Part shown: piece by piece, positions 56,848-64,000 of the stretch
Position numbering within the stretch: position 1 is the stretch's first letter
Layout: every line of letters starts with the position of its first letter
Assembly (NCBI GenBank): GCA_009392915.1
Contig: CP045477.1
Span: 576,001 to 640,000 of the forward strand
Reading direction: 5' to 3'
DNA from: Candidatus Forterrea multitransposorum CG_2015-17_Forterrea_25_41
GTDB lineage: Archaea > Iainarchaeota > Iainarchaeia > Iainarchaeales > CSSED10-239
Length of the DNA stretch: 64,000 nt
The notes under the pieces: generated by a model
The model's database searches: none
The model's input: only the letters and a program-made list of their open reading frames with translations
What the model was told of the DNA's origin: nothing
Made by a program: the position numbers and the translations under genes

Positions 56848-57543
56848 ATGAGTATAAGTATTAAATATCTTGGACACTCATCATTTCTGTTAACTATCGA
56901 TAAAAAGAATATTTTAACAGACCCTTTTTTTAAAAATGATTCGTTAGGAAAAATGGAAAGATTAGTCCCTTGTCATCATAAAGTTGAAGATCTTCCAAAG
57001 ATTGACTCTATTTTAATAAGTCACGAACACACAGATTCTTTCGATAAAGATTCAGTAAACTATTTATCTAAAAAATATAATCCAAAGATTATATCTCATT
57101 ACAGTATCTTGAAAGATATTGAAGGTCTTGAACATAATAAAGTTTCAATTGAAGAATATCAATCAAAAGATATCAATAACATAAATATTCAAGCTCTTCC
57201 TGCACATCACCCTGGTGCGTTTTATCCTTTAAGTTTTTTAATTAAAAACAAAAAAGGAAAAACTGTTTATTTTGCAGGAGACACTTATATGACAAAAGAC
57301 CATGACACTATAAAACCTGACATTGCACTTTTACCAATTGGTGGAAAAAGAACAATGGATCTTGGAACTGCAATTAGGGTTATGAAAAAAATGAGACCTA
57401 AGTTTGTAATTCCAATGCATTATGATACTTTTGAAGATATTAAAAGAAATCCTCAAGAATTAATCTATAGGTTTGGAAAAAACTATACAGATGTTAATAC
57501 AGTTATTTTAAATCCAGGTAAAACTTTTAAATTTAAAAATTAA
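56848..57543 (+). CDS. Metallo-beta-lactamase-fold hydrolase
   Basis: It has LISHEHTDSFD (the HxHxDH-type zinc motif), later His/Asp ligands, and a size of 231 aa. Confidence 0.55.
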   Translation: MSISIKYLGHSSFLLTIDKKNILTDPFFKNDSLGKMERLVPCHHKVEDLPKIDSILISHEHTDSFDKDSVNYLSKKYNPKIISHYSILKDIEGLEHNKVSIEEYQSKDINNINIQALPAHHPGAFYPLSFLIKNKKGKTVYFAGDTYMTKDHDTIKPDIALLPIGGKRTMDLGTAIRVMKKMRPKFVIPMHYDTFEDIKRNPQELIYRFGKNYTDVNTVILNPGKTFKFKN

Positions 57544-58451
57544 TAATCTTTAATTTCTAAAGAAAAAAGATCTTCTGGAAGAGAAATATTCTTTTTATTT
57601 TTTAAATTAGCTTCTAAATCTTTATATCTTGAAGACACATGAACTAAATATAGTTCTTTTGCTTTTATTTTTTTTGAAAAACTAACAACTTCTGAAAAAG
57701 AAGAATGTTTCTTAAGTTTAGCTTTTTCTTTTTCTTCATCTAAGAAAGTACACTCATGCACTAAAACATCTGGAGATTCAATAAATTTAGGATGTTTTTT
57801 TAAAACAGCAGTATCTGTAAAATATAATATTTTTTTACCTTGTTTTTTGAAAGATAAATCCATTACTTGACTTGGTTTTATAACTTTACCATCTACCTTA
57901 ATTGATTTTCCTTCTTGAAGTTTTGAAAATAAAGGTCCTTCTGGTATTTTAAGTTTAATTGCTTTTTGTTTATTAAACTTACCAATTTTATTATTTACTT
58001 TAAAACAATAACCATAAGATGGAACTGTATGATCAAGCTTTACAGAAGTAATTACTCCATTATCAATCTTTATTTTTTGATTACTTTTAATTTGTAAAAT
58101 ATTTATTTTAAAAGAAAGATTTATTCCACCAGCTTTTAAAAAATTTTCAAGAAAATTTTTATAACCAAAAGGAACATAGATGTTAAGTTCATCTTCTCTT
58201 TTTAAAAGAGACATGCTTGATAATAAACCTAAAATACCATAATAATGATCTCCATGAAAATGTGTTATAAAAATACTTTTTATTTTTTGAATACTTTGAG
58301 AAGTTTTTAAAATTTGTTGTTGAACATTTTCACTTGCATCAAAAAGATAATTACTTCCTCTATAATTAATTAATAAAGAAGTTAAGTTTCTAGATTTTGT
58401 TGGAGTAGATGCACTTGTTCCTAAAAAATAAATATTAATATTATCAGCCAT
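57540..58451 (-). CDS. rnz: Ribonuclease Z (tRNA 3' endonuclease)
   Basis: The N-terminus IYFLGTSASTPTKSRNLTSLLINY and the FITHFHGDHYYGILGLL MBL motif are characteristic of RNase Z. Confidence 0.75.
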   Translation of the reverse strand: MADNINIYFLGTSASTPTKSRNLTSLLINYRGSNYLFDASENVQQQILKTSQSIQKIKSIFITHFHGDHYYGILGLLSSMSLLKREDELNIYVPFGYKNFLENFLKAGGINLSFKINILQIKSNQKIKIDNGVITSVKLDHTVPSYGYCFKVNNKIGKFNKQKAIKLKIPEGPLFSKLQEGKSIKVDGKVIKPSQVMDLSFKKQGKKILYFTDTAVLKKHPKFIESPDVLVHECTFLDEEKEKAKLKKHSSFSEVVSFSKKIKAKELYLVHVSSRYKDLEANLKNKKNISLPEDLFSLEIKDY

Positions 58452-58558
58452 ATAAAATATATAAAAACAAATGTATTTTAAGGATATTGATACATCTATT
58501 ATATATCATATAATATTTATATTCTAATTTTGATAAAAATAAAGAAAATTGAGAAAAT

Positions 58559-60430
58559 ATGAAAAAAGAAATTAAGATAAAAGAACTTGTATACAAAGAT
58601 ACAAGTGAAATAATAATTCCAAAAAAAACAATTGATCAAGTAATTGGTCAAGACAAATCTATAAATCTTATTAAAAAAGCAGCTTACCAAAAAAGACATA
58701 TGCTTTTGATAGGTGAACCTGGAACAGGTAAATCTATGATTGCAGCTGCTCTTGCAGAGATTCTACCTTCTTATCAATTAAAAGATATTTTATCATATCC
58801 AAATAAAGAAGATTCACATAATCCAATAATTAGAGTTGTAAATGCTGGAGAAGGTAAAAAAATTGTAGAAAATGCAAAACTACAAGCTATGAAAAATAAT
58901 AGTTCTCAAAGACTATTAAGTTTTATACTTCCAATGGCATGGCTTATTCTTTCAGTTGCTTTATGGCAATTTAAAGTTATTTCAGACACAGTTTTTGCAG
59001 CAATGCTTATTCTTTCAGGATTTATAATGATTGCAACTGCTTTAAGTTTACAAATGATGCAAAAAACAAAAGGTTTAGTTCCTAAAATATTAATAGACAA
59101 CTCTAAAAGAAAAGAAGCGCCTTTTGTGGATGCTACTGGTGCAAGAGCAGGTGCTTTACTTGGAGATGTTTTACATGATCCTCTACAATCAGGTGGTCTT
59201 GGAACTCCACCTCACTACAGAATTATTCCTGGGATGATACACAAAGCAAATGAAGGAGTTTTATTTTTAGATGAAATAGCATCTCTTTCTCCAAAATCAC
59301 AACAAGAACTTTTAACTATATTACAAGAAAAAAAATACAGTATCACTGGACAATCAGAACTTTCAAGTGGAGCTATGGTAAGAACAACACCTGCACCTTG
59401 TAATTTTATATTAGTTGCAGCTGGAAATTATCAAGATCTTGAAAAAGTTCATCCTGCTATAAGATCTAGAATTAGAGGTTCTGGTTATGAATGTCAAATG
59501 AATGTTGATATTCCAGATAATGCAGAAAACAGAAATAGAATGGCACAATTTGTTGCACAAGAAGTAATTAAAGATAAAAAAATTCCACACTTTACAAAAA
59601 ATGCTGTAGAAGAAATTATTTTTGAAGCTAGAAAAAAAGCAAATAGAAAAAATCATTTAAGTTTAAAATTAAGAGAACTTGGTGGACTTGTAAGATCTGC
59701 AGGTGACATTGCAAAAGAAAAAGGACTTAGTCTTGTAACTGAAAAAGAAGTAATGGAAGCTAAAAAACTATCTTCAACCTTAGAACAACAAATGGTTGAA
59801 AAAATGATGGAAGTTAAAAAAGAATATGACATTTATAAAACAACTGGTAAAAAAGTTGGAAGAGTAAATGGACTTGCTGTTATGGGAATGACAGAAGCAG
59901 GAATAATGCTTCCTATTGAATGTGAAGTTACATTTGCACAATCTCAAAATCAAGGAAAAGTTATAGCTACAGGAAAATTAGGAGAAATTGCAAAAGAATC
60001 TGTTGAAAATGTTTCTGCAATTTTTAAAAAATTAACTGGAAAAGATATCTCAAACTATGACATACATGTTCAATTTTTACAAACACATGGAGTTGAAGGA
60101 GACTCAGCATCAATTTCTATTGCATCAGCTGTAATTTCTGTTCTTGAAAATATACCAATTAAACAAACAATAGCAATGACAGGATCATTATCTATTAGAG
60201 GAGAAGTTTTACCTGTTGGTGGAGTTACAGGAAAGATTAATGCTGCAATTAACTCAAAGATTAAAAAAGTATTAATTCCATATACCAATAAAGAAGATGT
60301 TGTACTTTCAAAAGAAGCTCTTAAAAAAATAGAAATAATTCCTGTTAAAACAATAAAAGAAGTTATAGAGCATGCTTTTGAAGATGGTGCTAAAAAAGAA
60401 AAACTATTAAAGAGATTAAAATCTCTTTAA
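58559..60430 (+). CDS. lonB: Archaeal membrane-bound Lon protease (LonB)
   Basis: An AAA+ Walker [12 protein letters not shown] is interrupted by two TM helices ([17 protein letters not shown]...[13 protein letters not shown]). It has Walker B LFLDEI and a C-terminal Lon proteolytic domain with a Ser-Lys dyad (GDSASISIA...). Confidence 0.8.
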   Translation: MKKEIKIKELVYKDTSEIIIPKKTIDQVIGQDKSINLIKKAAYQKRHMLLIGEPGTGKSMIAAALAEILPSYQLKDILSYPNKEDSHNPIIRVVNAGEGKKIVENAKLQAMKNNSSQRLLSFILPMAWLILSVALWQFKVISDTVFAAMLILSGFIMIATALSLQMMQKTKGLVPKILIDNSKRKEAPFVDATGARAGALLGDVLHDPLQSGGLGTPPHYRIIPGMIHKANEGVLFLDEIASLSPKSQQELLTILQEKKYSITGQSELSSGAMVRTTPAPCNFILVAAGNYQDLEKVHPAIRSRIRGSGYECQMNVDIPDNAENRNRMAQFVAQEVIKDKKIPHFTKNAVEEIIFEARKKANRKNHLSLKLRELGGLVRSAGDIAKEKGLSLVTEKEVMEAKKLSSTLEQQMVEKMMEVKKEYDIYKTTGKKVGRVNGLAVMGMTEAGIMLPIECEVTFAQSQNQGKVIATGKLGEIAKESVENVSAIFKKLTGKDISNYDIHVQFLQTHGVEGDSASISIASAVISVLENIPIKQTIAMTGSLSIRGEVLPVGGVTGKINAAINSKIKKVLIPYTNKEDVVLSKEALKKIEIIPVKTIKEVIEHAFEDGAKKEKLLKRLKSL

Positions 60431-60441
60431 AATTCTTTTTT

Positions 60442-61158
60442 TTAAATTAACATACTTGATAAATAGAAATTAATTTTAACCTTATTCTCTAAATAATACT
60501 CTAGATAAAGAGGAGAATCTTCTGATAACTTAATTAAAACATCAGTCTCATTATCTATTGATTTTGTAATATTTTTTAAATATGATAAAGAAAATTTAAC
60601 CATAATGTTTTTCTTAGACTTAATTTTAACTTTAGAAATTATAGTCTCGATTCTTCCTTTATCTCCTTGAGATTCAATAATAAATTTATTATTTTTTATT
60701 TTAAAAGTAACAGTTGTACCTATAAGACTTATATCTTTAAAAATTTCTTTTAAAAGATAAGCTTTTAGAGAAATTTCTGCATCATATTCAATAACAGGGA
60801 TAGAAATCTCATTATCAGAAATATCTATATAACTAATATTAAACTTTCTTTCAATTTGTCCTAAAAGATTAATCTCTAAAGAATTATCTTTTAATTCAAG
60901 TTTTAATTTATCAGAATCAAAAGATCTTGAAATAATATTATATAATTCATGAATATTTATTCCAACTAAACTAGGCTCAACTAGATAATTTTCAAAATAA
61001 GATTTATCAAAATAAAAGTCAAGTAAAAGAATCTGTGTTTTATCAACAGCTTTGATATATATTCCATCTTGTTTAAACCTTACATTAGTTTCTTGTATTA
61101 AGCTTGAGATTGACTCTAAAGCATCTTTAAAAAGTTTAGTATTTTTTGCAGTTATCAT
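60442..61158 (-). CDS. pcn: DNA polymerase sliding clamp PCNA
   Basis: Its length of 238 aa and two-domain pattern fit PCNA. The N-terminal FKDALESISSLIQETNVRF is PCNA-like, and it lies adjacent to RFC. Confidence 0.65.
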   Translation of the reverse strand: MITAKNTKLFKDALESISSLIQETNVRFKQDGIYIKAVDKTQILLLDFYFDKSYFENYLVEPSLVGINIHELYNIISRSFDSDKLKLELKDNSLEINLLGQIERKFNISYIDISDNEISIPVIEYDAEISLKAYLLKEIFKDISLIGTTVTFKIKNNKFIIESQGDKGRIETIISKVKIKSKKNIMVKFSLSYLKNITKSIDNETDVLIKLSEDSPLYLEYYLENKVKINFYLSSMLI

Positions 61159-61271
61159 ATCTAATCACACAATATAATATATATGCCCTAAGATTTATAA
61201 ACTATAATCATTTGAGTTAATAATTAATAAGAGTAATAACGTTTTTAATTACTTCCTAAATATATTATATT

Positions 61272-62513
61272 ATGACAAATTTTCTTGAAAAATACAGACC
61301 ATCAAATCTTAGTGAAATGATTGGCCAGAAAAAACAGATTGAAACCTTAAAAGAAAGTTTAAGTAAAAATCCAAGTACACCAATCTTTATTTATGGAGAA
61401 AGTGGTATTGGAAAAACCTTGGCAGTAAAACTACTTGCAGAAGAACTTAACTTGTCTATTTATCATACAGATGCTTCTGATATGAGAGGAAAAGAAGCAA
61501 TTACAAGTCTTGCTCAAGTAGCATATTCAGCATCAAACATATTTGGTCAAAAAAGATTGATTCTTTTAGATGAAATTGATGCTATGGAAGATAAAAGAGG
61601 AAGAGAAGATGCTGGAGGATTTGCAGAAATTACAAAGATAATTGATAAAACAAAACAACCTATTATTTTTATTGCAAACGATCCTTATGAAAATAAAAAA
61701 TTAAGGCCTATCTTTAATAAATGTGTACAGATAAGGTTTGATCTTCCAAATAAACTATCAATACTTAAGTTTGCAAAAGAAATTTGTGATAAGGAAGAAA
61801 AAGATTATGATTTAATGTCTCTTAAAACACTTGTTGAAAATACAAAAAATGATATTAGAGCTTTACTTTTAGATCTTGAGACTTTATGTAATTTTGATAA
61901 AATAACATTAGAAGACATTGAATCTCTTGGAGATAGAAAAAGAGATGAAGATGTTTTTAAAGTTCTTGGAAAAATATTTTATCCAAGAGGTTTTCTTGAA
62001 ACTAAAAATGCAATAAATGATTTAAGTATAGATTGGGAACTTTTATTTGCATGGCTTGAAGAGAATATACCTAGAAAATATAAAAATCCAATAAATCTTG
62101 AGAGAGGTATGGAAGCTTTAAGTAGAGCAGATGTTTTTAAAGGAAGGATAAAAGCTACAAATTGGATTCTTTTAAAATATATTTTAGATTATTTAACAGT
62201 TGGAGTTGCTTATGCAAAAACAGAAAAAGAAGCAGGAGGCTTTTCACCTTTTGTTTTTCCAACACTTTTAAAAAAATTAAGTTCTAATAAAAAAGAAAAA
62301 ATAATTTTTGATAATATTGTATTAAAAATGCAAGAGAAAATACATGCATCAAAAAGAATAATTAAAAGAGACTACATACCTTTTCTTTTAATTATTGCAC
62401 AAACAAATAAATTTACAAAAGATATTGTTAATTATTTTGGATTTGAGCATGAAGAAATTAAACAACTTGGAGCTAAAATATCTTTAAAAGAATATGAAAA
62501 AATAATTGAATAA
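61272..62513 (+). CDS. rfcL: Replication factor C large subunit
   Basis: The N-terminus LEKYRPSNLSEMIGQ, Walker A GESGIGKT and Walker B LILLDEID fit RFC. Its length of 413 aa fits the large subunit. Confidence 0.6.
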   Translation: MTNFLEKYRPSNLSEMIGQKKQIETLKESLSKNPSTPIFIYGESGIGKTLAVKLLAEELNLSIYHTDASDMRGKEAITSLAQVAYSASNIFGQKRLILLDEIDAMEDKRGREDAGGFAEITKIIDKTKQPIIFIANDPYENKKLRPIFNKCVQIRFDLPNKLSILKFAKEICDKEEKDYDLMSLKTLVENTKNDIRALLLDLETLCNFDKITLEDIESLGDRKRDEDVFKVLGKIFYPRGFLETKNAINDLSIDWELLFAWLEENIPRKYKNPINLERGMEALSRADVFKGRIKATNWILLKYILDYLTVGVAYAKTEKEAGGFSPFVFPTLLKKLSSNKKEKIIFDNIVLKMQEKIHASKRIIKRDYIPFLLIIAQTNKFTKDIVNYFGFEHEEIKQLGAKISLKEYEKIIE

Positions 62514-62531
62514 AATTTAAAATGATTTAAT

Positions 62532-64000
62532 ATGGCAACAGAATATACAAGAATAGCAGTAATTGATAAAAATAAATGTCAACCAAAAGCATGTAACTAT
62601 CTATGCCACAGAGTTTGTCCTCCTGTTAAAATGGGAGAAGATGCAATCGAAGTTACAAATAGAGAAAACTGGACACCACCAGTAATTAATGAATCATTAT
62701 GTACTGGTTGTGGTATTTGTCCTCACAAATGTCCTTTCAATGCAATTACAATTATAAACACAGGAATTAAGTTTGGAGATCCAATACACCAATATGGTCA
62801 AAATAGTTTTAGAGTATATTCTCTTCCATCTGCTGAAAAAGGTTTTATTACTGGGCTTATTGGAATTAATGGTTCTGGAAAAACAACAAGTATAAACATC
62901 CTTTCAGGAAATTTAGTTCCTAACTTAGGAGCCTATGATGAAAAAGAAGACATAGATAAAGTAATTGAGTATTATAGAGGAAAAAACATCCAAAAGAATT
63001 TTATAGAAATTAAAGAAAAAAAATTATCTTTTGCATATAAAATACAGAAAGTTGAAGAAATTCCAAAAGTCTTTAAAAAAAGCATTAAAGAATTACTTGA
63101 AAATATTTCAAAAGATAAAGAATATTATGAAAAAATTATAAAAGAACTTGAAATTGAAAAACTTCTTTTAAAAACACCAACAGAGGTATCAGGTGGAGAA
63201 TTACAAAGAATAGCAATTGCTGCATGTCTTTTAAAAGATGCTCAAATTTATTTTTTTGATGAGTACACTACATTTTTAGATATTAAACAAAGATTTAAAA
63301 TTGCAAAAATATTAAGAGAGAAAATAAATGAAAATAATTCAATTATGTTAATTGAACATGATCTTGCAATCCTAGATTACATTAGTGATTTTGTACAAAT
63401 AATGTTTGGTAGGAAAAATGCATATGGACAATCTTCTAATAAAAAAACAACAAAAAAAGGAATTAATGAATTTTTAGAAGGTTTCTTAAAAGAAGAAAAC
63501 ATAAGAATTAGAAATTATAAAATAGAATTTAGCTCTGCAAAATATGCAACTGAAAAAAGAATAGAAACCACTCTTGCAAAATATCCTTCTTTTAAAAAAA
63601 CATTAGGAGAATTTAACCTAGAAGTTGAAGAAGGAGAAATTAAGAAAGGAGAAATAATTGGTGTTTTAGGACAAAATGCTATTGGAAAAACAACCTTTAT
63701 AAAAATTCTTGCAGGAGAAATCAAAGCAGATGATAAAGATCTAGATATTAAACTTAAAGTGTCTTATAAACCACAATATATCGATCTTAATGAAGATATT
63801 ACTGTTCAAGAATTATTTTTAAAAAAAGAAATAAATCAAGATATTTTTAATTCAGAGATTAGAAGACAACTTGATATTGATAGTATAATTGATCAAGAAA
63901 TAAATCAACTTTCTGGAGGAGAACTTCAAAAGGTTGCAATTGCATATACTCTTTCAAGAAATGCAGACATCTATCTTATTGATGAACCATCAGCATTTTT
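62532..64000 (+). CDS. abce1: ABCE1 / RNase L inhibitor (ribosome recycling ABC ATPase). It is 3'-truncated by the window end and was not in the ORF track
   Basis: Translation MATEYTRIAVIDKNKCQPKACNYLCHRVCPPVKMGEDAIEV...CTGCGICPHKCPFNAI shows two 4Fe-4S clusters, followed by ABC domains (GLIGINGSGKTT and LSGGELQR). The frame stays open to 64000. Confidence 0.8.
   Translation, partial: MATEYTRIAVIDKNKCQPKACNYLCHRVCPPVKMGEDAIEVTNRENWTPPVINESLCTGCGICPHKCPFNAITIINTGIKFGDPIHQYGQNSFRVYSLPSAEKGFITGLIGINGSGKTTSINILSGNLVPNLGAYDEKEDIDKVIEYYRGKNIQKNFIEIKEKKLSFAYKIQKVEEIPKVFKKSIKELLENISKDKEYYEKIIKELEIEKLLLKTPTEVSGGELQRIAIAACLLKDAQIYFFDEYTTFLDIKQRFKIAKILREKINENNSIMLIEHDLAILDYISDFVQIMFGRKNAYGQSSNKKTTKKGINEFLEGFLKEENIRIRNYKIEFSSAKYATEKRIETTLAKYPSFKKTLGEFNLEVEEGEIKKGEIIGVLGQNAIGKTTFIKILAGEIKADDKDLDIKLKVSYKPQYIDLNEDITVQELFLKKEINQDIFNSEIRRQLDIDSIIDQEINQLSGGELQKVAIAYTLSRNADIYLIDEPSAF

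Overview
This is a very AT-rich, gene-dense window that I read as an archaeal chromosome, probably from a small-genome DPANN-type archaeon. I infer this from an archaeal TFB, a family-B DNA polymerase, PCNA and RFC, a LonB protease, aIF5A, ABCE1, Nop5 with fibrillarin, a Pus10 homolog, the ftsZ-secE-spt5-rpl11 cluster, ribosomal proteins L15e and L35Ae, and many class-III (pilin-type) signal peptides. Most genes are housekeeping. They include the aminoacyl-tRNA synthetases GlyRS, MetRS and PheRS alpha and beta, tRNA-Val(GAC) and tRNA-Leu(TAG), the redox enzymes TrxR and a peroxiredoxin, RNase HII, RNase Z, MetAP and ScpA/ScpB. The main finding is a complete diversity-generating retroelement (DGR) at 52860-56707 on the minus strand. 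It consists of a reverse transcriptase with the DGR-specific IGNLTSQ motif, an Avd-like four-helix-bundle accessory gene, an extra small ORF, a non-coding 121-bp template repeat, and a pilin-like target gene whose last 40 codons form the variable repeat. The two repeat copies differ at 20 positions, and every difference sits at an adenine of the template copy. The template copy is rich in AAC codons and the repeats are strongly GC-rich against an AT-rich background. Other items worth a second look are a three-gene pilin-like surface-protein operon inserted between scpA and scpB, a type-IV-pilus assembly locus, a putative tRNA-dependent cyclodipeptide synthase beside the PheRS genes, a ThiS/MoaD-like mini-ORF without a Gly-Gly tail upstream of the tRNA-thiolation gene ncsA, and two short translocon subunits (SecE, Sec61-beta) missed by the ORF track. 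All calls rest on reading the translations and motifs by eye. No database searches were run.
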